This document shows positions 16,183 through 28,100 of a DNA stretch of 52,755 nt, piece by piece. The stretch is from an uncultured Victivallales bacterium (GTDB lineage: Bacteria; Verrucomicrobiota; Kiritimatiellia; UBA8416), in NCBI GenBank assembly GCA_964652765.1, contig CAZZBA010000001.1:1-52755 (forward strand), in the 5' to 3' direction. Below the pieces are notes generated by a model. It worked only from the letters and a program-made list of their open reading frames with translations, searched no databases and was not told the DNA's origin. The first letter of the stretch is position 1, and every line of letters starts with the position of its first letter. The translations under genes were made by a program, and so were the position numbers.

Positions 16183-19100
16183 CTAAGAGGATATGTCGAT
16201 ATCGGAGTCGGCGCGGCCCAGCAGCCATCGCTGTCCGGGCTCGAAGGGGGATTCGACTCCCGGCAACGGCTGGACAACGATATGGGGACCGCCGCGCGTA
16301 TAGAGGAACCCGAGGGCGCGCAGCACACGCATGGCATCCCGCTGCTCCGGTGCAAGCAGAACCCCGACCATGCGGACGCCGTCGCTGCGGAAGTCGCGCA
16401 AGGCCCGAACCACCAAGGCGGCCAGGGAGGCTCTGTCGCCCTGCGGGACGAGGAAGTCGACAATCATGGCGCGCGGCGAGCCCTGCCAGGTGTAGTTGCG
16501 CGTCACCAGGTAGCCGGATAGCCGGTCAATCCTGCAGATGGCGTACACGCGGTAGCTGCGGTTCTGGGGCACCTCCGAGAAACGCCAGGAAAGATATTTT
16601 TCGTCACGCACAGTGGCCGCTTCGCAGTCGCCGCCTGCGGCCACGCGCTCCCAGAGATGGGTGAAACGAGGGTCGAAGACCTCGACGAGCGAGACGCGAT
16701 TGGCAGCTCGCACGGCGGCACGGACCAGCGCGTGATGAGCATGGCCCAAGCCGTTGCAGGCGTATCCGGCAAGACGGGCGAGTAATGAATCGTGTCCGCT
16801 TTCTGCCAGAAGGGAGGCCGGTGCGAGGAATGCCTTCATTTCGACGGACTGGTAAAGCTCGCGGATCGAGCCGGTGGCACGTCCGATGTCGAGCGCGGCG
16901 GGAGCGGGCACAGCCAGTCTTGGAACCGTGGTTCCGACGGCGATCTGCTCGAAGAGCATAGCCGAGGCCTTGCGATGCTCGGGGTGCACGGTCGTGTCGG
17001 TACCCCACACAATGGGAATCTCCTTGCCGTGGCAGTGCAGGCGCGCGCAGAGCCCGCCATCGAAACCGACGATCGTGCCGTTGTGTTCGAGGACGAAACG
17101 GGGTGCCCCACCCGCTGGCGTGAACGGGTTCGTTTCGTATTTCCATTCCCATACGGCGGCGGCGTTCGTGGCCATGTCGGCCCCCCAAACCTCTTTGAGC
17201 AGGTCGAGAACACCGGTCTTGTCGTCGGGATCGAAAGGCCGGGCGCGGTAGCCGACGATGCGTATGGCCCCGTGTGGACCGCTATCGGGTACGGGAGTGG
17301 TGCTGGCTTCGGCGCTGCCTGGTCTGGTTCCCGCAGCCTGTTGGCGTTGATCAAGCATCGTGGCCAGGGCTTCGATCGTAGGGTTATGGTACAGTTCGAC
17401 CAGGGAGAGGTTGGTTTCGGCGTTTCCGCGGAGCCTTTGCAGGATCTGGGCGATGAGCAGCGAGTGGCCACCGATCTCGAAAAAGTTGTCCCGTATGCCT
17501 AAGCGTTCAGCATGGAGGATGTCCTGCCAGATGGAAACCAGCATTTTCTCGGTGGCTGTCTGCGGGGGGATGTATGCGCGCGTGGCGGTCTGGAGCGTGT
17601 GGGGTTCAGGTAGCGCGTTGCGGTCGACTTTCCGGTTCGGGGTGAGCGGAAGTGCATCGAGAAGCACGAAGGCGGAGGGTACCATGTAGGCGGGTAGCGA
17701 CTCGCCGAGAGCGCGCCGCACGCGGGGTATCAGATCATCCTCGTGCCCGTCGCCCCCGGGGACGATATAGCCGGCCAGATAGGTGATACCGCCCTGATCC
17801 TTCCAGGTGCGTGCAGCCGCGTGGCGCACCCCCGCGCATCCGCCCAAGGAGGCCTCGACGTCGCCAAGTTCGATCCTGAAGCCCCGCACCTTGACCTGGT
17901 GGTCGGTGCGCCCGAGGAATTCGATAGTGCCGTCCGGCATGCGGCGGCACAGGTCGCCTGTGCGATAGAGCCGCGCACCCGGCTTGCCGGAGAAGTGGTC
18001 CTGGATGAACTTCGTGGCGGTCAGCTCGGGGCGGTCAAGGTAGCCACGAGCCAAACCGGTGCCGCCGATCAGCAGTTCGCCGGGTACGCCGAGGGGTGCG
18101 GGCTGGAGGTTCTCCTCGACGATGTGGAGCGTCGTGTTGGCGAGTGGCTGGCCGAGGGGTACGGTGGGCCTGTCTGCGTCATGCACGCGGCAGATCGAGG
18201 ACCAGATGGTGGTCTCCGTCGGTCCGTAGACATTCCAGAGGGTATCGGTTACCGCAAGCAGGCCTTTGGCCAGTTCCTGTGTGAGAGCCTCGCCGCCACA
18301 TAGGACACGCACTCGGGCCGAATTGTTCCATCCGGAGGCGAGAAGCAGGTTCCATGTGGCGGGTGTGGCCTGCATGAATGTGGCATGGCAGCTATCGAGC
18401 AACGCGGAAAGGATCTGCGGGTCACGCGCCTCGCGCGAGTTGGCGACAACCAGATGGGCACCAGCCATGAGCGGGAGAAAAATCTCCAGATTGGAAATAT
18501 CGAAGCTGAGGGTGGTGACGGCCACGAGCGTATCATCGGCGTGGAAACGGGTCTGTTCCTGGATGGAGAGCAGGAAATTCAGCAGGGCACGGTGGGTGAT
18601 GACGACGCCCTTCGGGTTTCCTGTGGAGCCGGAGGTGTAAATGACGTAGGCGACCGAGTCTGGGTTGTGCTCGCGTGCGCTGTGCGCAGGCGGGCGTGTT
18701 GCGGCAGCGGACGGCTCCTGATCCGTACAGACCATTTGCACGCCCAGTGCGGAAAATCGTTCACTGAGGTGGGTCTGCGTCAGAAGAATGGGTATCCGGG
18801 AGTCGCGCACCATGTAATCGAGGCGCTGCATCGGGAAGTCCGGATCGAGGGGGACATAGGCGGCCCCGCATTCGAGCACAGCGAGCATGGCCACCACCAT
18901 GTCTACGGAGCGGTCCATGCTGATGCCGACAAGCGTTCCCCCGGCCACTTGCACCTCGATGAGTCGCTCGGTCAGTCGCGAAACACGCTGCATCAGCTCC
19001 CGGTAGGATAGCCGGCTCTGCTCGCAGGAGACTGCGGTGGCCGAGGGAGTGAGGTCGGCGCGGCGGGCAATCAGATGATGAATTCCTCGGGAAAGATCGT

Positions 19101-22100
19101 AGTCCCGTACGGAATTGTTCCACCGGGATGAAAGGGTCTGCGCCTCTTCATCTGAAAGGAGCGGGATCTCACCGATGGGGGTGGTGAGATTTTGTGGCAG
19201 TTCCTGGAGAAGATGCAGCAAATGGCTCGCCATCTGTTCGATGCGCCAGGGATCGAATAGCTGCGTGCTGAACTCGATGAATCCGGAAATGACACCGTTC
19301 CTTTCGTTGAGATCAAGAGCGATATCGAATTGCGAGGCACCGAGAAGCACCCGCAGATCCTCGACGATGGGATCAAGATGCGCCGAGTCGTGGCCTTGTC
19401 TGCCGTGAGAAGGGACTTGAAGAACGAAGGCGGTCTGGAAGAAGGGGGTGCGGCTGGTGTCGCGCGCCGGGTTCAATTCCCTGACAAGCCAGTCGAAAGG
19501 CAGTCCCTGGCGGGCGTATGCCTCACGTGCGGTATCGGAAACTGCTCGCAGCAGGTCGCCGAACGGTTGCGCGGGGTCGCTGGTCACGCGCAGCGGCAGC
19601 ATGTTGAGCGTCGGGCCGACAACGTCTTCCCATTCGGGATCGTCGCGTCCGGCGACCGGGGTTCCTATGGCGAAGTCGTACTGACGTGCGTAGCGGGCGA
19701 GAAGCAGGTACCAGGCACCGAGCAGGAGCATGTGAAGGGTTATGCCATTCTCGCGCGCAAGGCCGTAAAGCCGACCGCTGGTCTCGGCAGAGATGGCTAT
19801 CGGGATCGCCCGCCCGAGGTGGTCGATGACTTCGGGTCGCAGGCGATCTGTCGGTAGTTCAAGCGAGGGCACGCCGGCCAGCTTTCCTCGCCAGTAATCC
19901 AATGTGCTGGAATTGCTTACTATGGAGGAGAGGCTTTTGCGTTCCTGACGGGCATAGGCTCCGAAAGAAGGTGCAGCGGGCAATTCGACGGAGTGCCCCC
20001 CGTCGCGCACAGCAGAAAGGATCAGCATGAACTCGTTGGCCAGGGTCCGGATGGAGACGCCGTCGGCTATGCTGTGGTGCATGCAGATGATCAGCAGTGG
20101 AACACGATTCTGCTGTCGAACCAGCGTGAAGCGAACGAGTGGCCCCTCGGCCATGCTGAACGAGTGCCTCGCTTCTTGCTGCTTCAGTTCATCAAGGCTT
20201 GCCTGCCTCTCGGAATCGTCATCCAGGTCGACAACACGAATGGCGGGTGGCAGGTCCCTGTGAACGACCTGCATGAGGGTGCCATCGTCCGCCTCGCGGA
20301 ACGTTGTACGCAGGGTGTCGTGGCGAGAGCAGATGGCCTCGATCACTGTTCGCAGATCCGCCTCGGAGGCCGGTGCGGGCAATTGAACGGCTGTAGGCAG
20401 GTTGAATTGAGGCGAGTTGGGCGTCCACTGGCTGAGAAACCAGAAGCGTGACTGGCTGATGGACGCTGGCCAGAGCTGTTCCTCGCCTGTCCCATTCGGT
20501 TTCTCCGGATCTTCTGGTGGAAGGGCGGGGGCGGTTTCCGCTTTTACACCTTCAAGTTGAATAGTGGCCAGTATGGCGGAGGCAAAAGTCCCGATGGCGG
20601 GGTGATCCATGGCGATTGTCGCGGGCAGCTTTCTGCCGACGAGCTTCGAGACGCCATTGCGGAACTCAACGGCCATGAGGGAGTCCATGCCGATGTTGAA
20701 GAATCCGGTATCGTCGTGGAGTTCGTCGGGTTCGCGCGCGAGAACGGTAGCTAGCCGTTGTCGTATGGCGTCCCGCATGATGCGCGCACGCTCGTTCGGT
20801 TGGGCCGCACGCAACTGAGTGACAAAAGCCGTTTCGGATGTGCTGGGCCCCTCTGCCACGACAAGTGCTCCGAGCTGGCTAAAGATGGGCCGGGGGCGTT
20901 GGACTTCGGCCAGCTCCCGTAATTTATTCCAGTCGGCGGCGACGATGGTGGTGCTCGTCTGTCCGGTAGCCGCCGCCGTTTCCATGGCGTCGAGGGCGAG
21001 TTCGGGGGATAATGGGCTGATACCGCGGCTGCGCATCCATTCCATGGCCTCGGCATTGGCTACACCCATGCCGACCTGGGCCCATGGACCATAACTGATG
21101 GCTGTGGCAGCCAGGCCGTCGCTCCGGCGCGCAGCGGCCATGGCGTCGAGATAGGCGTTGGCGGCAGCATAGGCCCCCTGCATCACACTACCCCAGACCG
21201 AGGCGATGGAAGCAGTGCTGACAAAGAAATCAGGTGTTATTGCGCGTTCACGTATGCCACGGTCAAGCAACCAGCTCCCGTACACCTTGGCGGCCAGCGT
21301 CTTCTCCAAGTCTTCCGGCGTGATCTTTTCCAAGTCTCCGAACGATTCGATACCGGCGGCATGGATGATCCCGCGCAGCGGTCGGTTGGCTGAGAACTGC
21401 TGTAGGAGCAAGCCAACCCCCTCTGCAGTTGCCACATCGGCATTGACGACGTCTAATTGGCACCCCGTAGCCCTGATCTTCTCAATTTCCCGGCGGGCCG
21501 ATTCGTCAGGCACATGTCGGCTTGTCAGAACGATGCGGCCGGCGCCGCGTTCGGCCAGGCGCTGTGCCGCTTTGAGGCCAATACCACCGAGACCGCCGGT
21601 GATGAGGTAGTCAGCATCGGCATGTACTTCAAGATGCACAGCAGACGGGGCCATAGGAGCGGGAACGAGACGGGCTGCGTAGAGTTGGTTGGCGCGCACG
21701 GCTACCAGATCTTCAGGGCCGGGGGTCGTCAGGATTGGTACAACAGCGTCTATGACCGCTTTATCTGGTGCTGCCGGCAGGTCTATAAGCCCGCCCCAGA
21801 AGTCAGGTCGTTCCATGCCGATACACTTGCCAAGGCCCCAGAGGGGGGCGTGATCCGGCAGAACGCGGTCGCCTGGCGCAACCTGTTGCGTGGCCTGCGT
21901 CATGATCCAGAGTCTACCACACCATTGTGATTGGCATAGGTGCTGCGTGAGTGTGAGCAAGTTGTGAATTCCGATTTGCTGGGCGTGTTTCAGATCTGCC
22001 AGGCTATCGGCGGCTTGCTCGGCAAGGCCGACGGAACGTACATGTGCGATATGGGTCCAGTCTGCCGATTGCAGTTGGATTGCGTCAGCGGATGAATTGA

Positions 22101-25100
22101 CAATATGGCAACGGTGTCCCAACGCTTCAAGGGTGGCACCCAGCCTCTGGGCCGGTTGCGAGCCGATCAGCAGCCAACGCTGATGATTGTCGGTTCCGGT
22201 CGTATCCATTCGGGGAGTAGCGATCGGGTTCCATTGGATGCGGTAGGAGCGTGAGGCCAATGGATGTATCGCAACCGCTTGACGGAGCGGCTCATCGACC
22301 CAGAAGCGTTTGCGCTGGAACGGGTAGAGCGGGAGATCGAGTGGCGTGCGCACTGCCCGCCATGGCGCATCGATCGCGTCAAACCGGACGGGTGCACCAG
22401 ACACAAAGAGTTGACCCGCGGCGGCTAGTACGGATTCCGTATCATCCTTCTGCTGCCGTAATGAACCGATCCACGAGGGTTCCTTCGGCGACTCGCCGTC
22501 GGCACCGTCGTATTGGCACCGTTGACCCATTGATGTCAGGACAGGGTGAGGGCCGATCTCGAGCAGAATGTCACAACCCAGTTTCCGCAAGGCCAGGATA
22601 CCTTGGGCAAAGCGGACCGGCTGGCGGATGTGCTTTGCCCAGTAAGCCGCGTCAAGCAGCTCATCCTCGCCTACAAGGGTACCCGACACGTTGCTGACAA
22701 GTCGCGTGCGGGCCGGGTTGAAGGTGAAGCTGGCGGCGTAGCGTTTGAAGGGTTCAACGATCGGATCCATGTGGGCGCTATGAAACGCGTGCGAGGTCTT
22801 GAGTTGTTTGCACTTGATCCCTTCAGCAACCAGCCTGGTGATCAGTGGGTCCATGGCTTCGGCCGAGCCACTCAACACGGTATGCGCGCCGTTATAGGCG
22901 CCGATACAGATAAGCGGGTCATCGGCAATCGCCCGTTCGACGGTCTCTGCGTCCGCCGATACCGCAACCATGCAGCCGCCCGCAGGTACCGACTGCATGT
23001 ATCGCGCCCGTTCGGTGATGAGTTTCATGCCGGTCTCGATATCGAACACGCCTGCGATGGTACCAGCCGCATATTCGCCGACGCTATGCCCCAGCACCGC
23101 ATCCGGGACTATACCCCACGCACGCCAGAGAGCGGCGAGCGCCATCTCCAGGGCATAGAGCGCCGGTTGCGTGTAGCCGGTTTGGTTGATCAGGTCGGGG
23201 TTGGTATCATCCGGCGGGGTTTCGATGCCCATGACTTGCAGCAACGGCAGGGGGCGATCCGCACCGCGCACGGAATCAAAAACGGCCGCGCACTGATTGA
23301 GCACGTTCCTGAAAACGGGTTCGGAGGCGTAGAGGTTACGTCCCATACCAACCCACTGTGATCCCTGGCCGGTGCAGAGAAAGGCGATGCGCGGTTTGCG
23401 TCCGTCGCGGACAACATTGCCGCTCACCATGCCGGCGGCTTCATCCGCTGCAGCGAGTGCGCCAAGTTGCCGGACGAGCGTATCGCGGTCGGCGAACTGC
23501 AAGGCTGCGCGTGCCTCCAGGTGGGTGCGTCCGGTATTGGCGGTTAAGCACAAGTCCGGCAGCGCTGCTTCGGGATGGGTGTTTACCCACTCCGCATAGC
23601 TTCTGGCCAGGGCACAAAGGGCGGGATTGGAGCGTGCAGACAGAACAAGAAGCTGCTGGACCCGTTCGGGCGGGGGGTGGCTTTGATCCCCGGCGGAGAG
23701 AGGGCTAACGGGTGCGCTTTCAAGGATCAGGTGGCAATTCGTGCCGGTGAATCCAAATGCGCTGATCGCGCCGAGGCGCCGGCCCTTGGCTGGCCATGGT
23801 ACCGGTTCTGATACAACCTTCACGTTCAGGGTGTCCCATGGAATATGGGGATTGGGATTCCTGAAGTGGAGCGAGCGAGGGATTGTTTCGTGCTGAAGGC
23901 TTAGTACAAGCTTGATGATCCCAGTGGCCCCCGCCGCAGTTTCCAGATGGCCGACGTTGGTCTTGACACTCCCGAGAAGGAGCGGCTTGTCGGCAGGGCG
24001 CTCACGGGCGTACGCGGCGTTGGCAGCCTGGACCTCAATCGGGTCGCCCAGCGAGGTGCCGGTGCCGTGGCATTCCAAGTACTGCACGTCTGCGGGGACA
24101 ACGCCTGCATTCTGCAAGGCGGCGCGAATGACTTGCTCCTGGGCAATCCCGCTCGGTACGGTCAGGCCGCTGCTGTCGCCGTCCTGGTTTGCGGACGATC
24201 CACGAATCACGGCCAGCACGCGATTGCCATCGCGCCGGGCATCGCTCAATCGCTTAAGCACAAGCAGGGAGCAACCTTCGCTGCGCACGAAACCGTTGCC
24301 GGAAGCATCAAAGGTCTTGCAGCGACCATCAGGACTGAGCATATGCGCCCGGGACAGAGCGATGGTTACATTCGGGCTGAGCAAAGTGTTCACGCCACCA
24401 GCGATCGCGTGATCGCATTCGCCGCGTCGCAGGCAGGCACATGCCTCGTGGATGGCAACGAGGGACGAGCTGCAGGCGGTATCGATAGCCAGCGCCGGGC
24501 CGTGCCAGCCGAGCCGGAACGCGACCCTTCCCGCTGCAGCGGCAAGGGCATTTCCCGTTCCGACGTACGCATCGAGCTGTTCGCGGCCCTGTGCGGCAAT
24601 CCGTATCGAGTAATCGGTCACACCGATGCCGATATAGACCGCACCGCTTGTTCCGCGCAGCGAATCGGGCGGGATATTGGCATTTTCGAGAGCGTGCCAA
24701 GTGGTTTCAAGCACCATGCGTTGCTGTGGATCCAGACTTTTGGCTTCGCGCGGCGAGATGCCGAAGAAGTCGGCGTCGAACAGGTCGATGTCCTTGACGA
24801 AACCGCCGTGTCGCGCATAGGTTTTCCCAGGCTGGTCGGGATCGGGATCGTACAATTCGTCAAGACTCCAACGGTCTGGGGGAACCTCGGTGATCATATC
24901 GAGCCCCTGATCCAGGATATGCCAGAATTCCTCTGGATTTCCGGCACCGGGGATGCGACAGCCGACACCGACGATGGCGATGGGTTCGGTGGTGCGCTCG
25001 AGTTCGGTACGGAGCCGGTTTAGCGCATGCAGGGCCGCACGCATGCGGGCGCTGTCCATGGCCGTCGCTTCGGCACCGGCTGTGCCGAAAGCGGTATCAA

Positions 25101-28100
25101 AAGTGGTTGTAAGCACATCGGCGTCTAGTCCGTCTATGTCGGTTGATGTCGCCGTTTGGGCGGGTAGGGCCGCTTCAATCGCCCCAGTTCCGTCTGCGAA
25201 CAGATTGTTGAGCAGATAGTTTCCAAGGCGCAGCACGGTGGGGTGGTTGAAGATGTCAACGGGCTGAATGGCGAATGACGAACCGAGTTGCTTCTGTATG
25301 CGGTTGTTCAACTCGACGGCCATGATCGAGTTCATGCCACAGTCGAAGAAGCCCATGTCGGGGTTGATTCTCGCGGGGGGCAAACCGAGAATCTTGCCGA
25401 CTTCCTCCAGAAGGGTGTCTTGGAGGGCCTGGGATCGGTTGACCGCATCCAGGTTGCGGAGCCGGACGACGAGCGGGCCATCACCAGCGGGGACCGCCAC
25501 TTCCTTGCCCGCCGCAGTTCCCGGGGAGAGCCGACTTGTGATCTCCTCCATAAACGCGTCCAATACAGGGGGCAGCATACCCGCCGTAGCCAATTCGCTC
25601 CAGCGCCGGGCATTCAGGAGTTGTACACAGCACTGGGTGGCGGAACCCATGGCGAGTCTTCCAAAGGCGTCCAACGCCAGCGCGGGAGACATCAGGCGAG
25701 AGCCCATCGCTTCCCATTCGGCGTTCTCCATTTGAATCGCCATGCCGTGGGAAGCCCAGGGGCCCCAGTTGATCGCCACAGCTGGCCATCCAGCCCGGTG
25801 CCGATAATGGGCCAATCCGTCTAGAAAGGCGTTGGCCGCACTGTAGTTGGCGTGCCCGCGGATCCCGAGCAGTGAGGCCGCCGAACTGAAAAGAACAAAG
25901 AAGTCCAAATCCAGACTTCGGACTTGGACGGCGCGGTGCAGTGCCCAGGCTCCGCCAGCTTTCCCTGCCATAACCTTGCGTAACAGGGCGACATCCATCG
26001 AGGTCGTGGGTTCACCTGCGAGCACACCGGCAGCATGCACGATACCGCGCAACGGAGTGTCCGGCACGAGGCGCTTAATGGCATCGAGAAGCATGTCCAT
26101 CTCGTCGGCCTGCGCGGCGTCCGCCTTGAGCACCGTGAGTCGGCAGCCCAGCGCGTCAAGTTCCGCCGCCAGTCCCTCCGGGGTCGCGGACTCGCCGCGC
26201 CGGCTGGCCAGCACCAGATGGCGGGCTCCATGTGCCGCGAGATGACGGGCAATATCCACTCCGAGCGCGCCCGTGCCGCCGGTGATAAGGTAAACAGCTT
26301 TTTCAGCCAGCTGAAATCCGGCGGCTGGCGGCACCTCGGATGGGCGCAGGCGCGGAGTAAGATACGTGCCACTGCGCAGCGCAAACTGCAGTCCCGTTCG
26401 GGCACCGCACAGCAGGCGCTGCAACGCGCCGGCGCAGGGTTGGATATCCGCGTCCGCAGGCAGGTCGATGATGCCGCCGAAACGATCGGGATGCTCAATG
26501 CCGAACGTGCGGGCGTATCCCCAGAGGGCGGCTTGGCCCGGATCGGCGGTTTCGTTCGTCGTCACGGCTTGTGCAGCATGCGTGAGAATCCAGACTCGGC
26601 CTTCGCTGCCGCGTTGGATGAGCGCTTGCGAAGCAAGGAGTGCCGTCTCTACGCCGAGAGTTTGGATACGTTGCAGTTCGGCGGCATCTGCAGTGGGCGC
26701 GAGCGGCGGCGTCCATGCGAGTATGACGTCGGTGATTTCCGGGCGGTCCGCTGCCTCGGCGATAGCTGTTTTCAGCGTGGCGGGTTCCAAATCAGCGAGC
26801 GTATCGACGCTAAGACAGGAGACGGTATGACCGGCGGTGTGCAGCGAATCGACAAGGGCGAGTGAACGCTTGTCGGTGAGCAGCAACCATTCCCCGGATG
26901 CGTTGCGATGGCGATCCGCCGCGTCATCGGCGAGCCAGGCAACTTCGAAGAATTGTTCGGAGTCCGAAACGCCGGGGGCCTTGCGGAATCCAGGACAATA
27001 GCGGACGTGCTGGAAGGGATACGTCGGCAACACCAGCGGTGCGTGTTGCGCGGACCAAGGGGCCTCCATGGCGGCCAGGTCAAGATCAACACCGAGTGTG
27101 TGGAGCTTTGCCGCGGTGCGCAGCATCTGGGCGTGCGCGTTACGCCCCGCTTCGAGCGATTGTGTCCATAGGACCTCGTGCAGGGGGCGCCAGCACATTT
27201 GTGCTAGCCACATCAGCTCTGCCTTCGGACCGATCTCGATAATCGTATCGCAGTGCGCATGTTCAAAGAGGGTCTTGACCCCTTGGGCAAAGCGAACGGG
27301 TTGACGCGCGTGATCGCGCCAGTGTCGGGCGTCGAGCATCGTGCCTTCGGGCACGGAGTCGCCCGAAAGGGTGCTGATCATGCCCTCCCGCACGGGCTGG
27401 TAGGCGAGGGTGTCGGCGAATTGCTGGAAGTCCTCGGCGATAGGATCGACCGTGGCGCTATGAAAGGCCCTGGTCGCAGGCAGACGCATGCAGTACAGAC
27501 CCTGCGCCGTGAACTTCTCAAGCAGCGCGTCGAGCCGTTCCGACGGGCCGCTGATTACGGTGTTCAGTCCGTTATAGGCCGAGATGCAGACATCGGGCAC
27601 ATCCGCCAGGGACGCTTCGACATCCGCAGCGGGCGCGGTGACCGAGGCCATCGCGCCGCCGCCGGGCATGGTTTCCATGAGTTGCGCCCTGCGCAGCACC
27701 AGCTTCATGCCTTCAGCGGCGCTGAAGGCACCCACGGTGAACGCGGCGGCGTATTCTCCCAGGCTGTGTCCCACAACCGCGACCGGTTCGATGCCCCAAG
27801 CCTGCCACTGGGCAGTAAGGGCGACTTGCAGCGCGTAGATGGCGGGCTGGGCGTACAGTGTTTGCTTCAACCGCGCGGCGTGGGCATCATCGAAGATCAA
27901 CGCCTGCAGGGACGGGCCGCCCTGTTCTTCCTGCAATTCGGCATAGGCGGTAGCGCAAGCGTCGATACTGGCGCGGAAAACCGGTTCGTTATCGTATAAT
28001 TCGCGGCCCATGCCTCCGTATTGTGCACCCTGTCCTGTGAACAGGAACCCGACGCGCCGCGGCGTGGCGGCGATCTGTCCCCGTTCAACACTCGCGATGA

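Noticed and set aside
16186-28053. Search for DH, ER, cMT, TE or R domains in the megasynthase.
   Set aside because: - I found no HxxxGxxxxP (DH) in either AT-KR linker.
- I found no second Rossmann motif (ER or R).
- I found no SAM motif.
- I found no GxSxG in the C-terminal 360 aa.
- I therefore did not annotate any of these domains. An HMM scan should confirm the absence.
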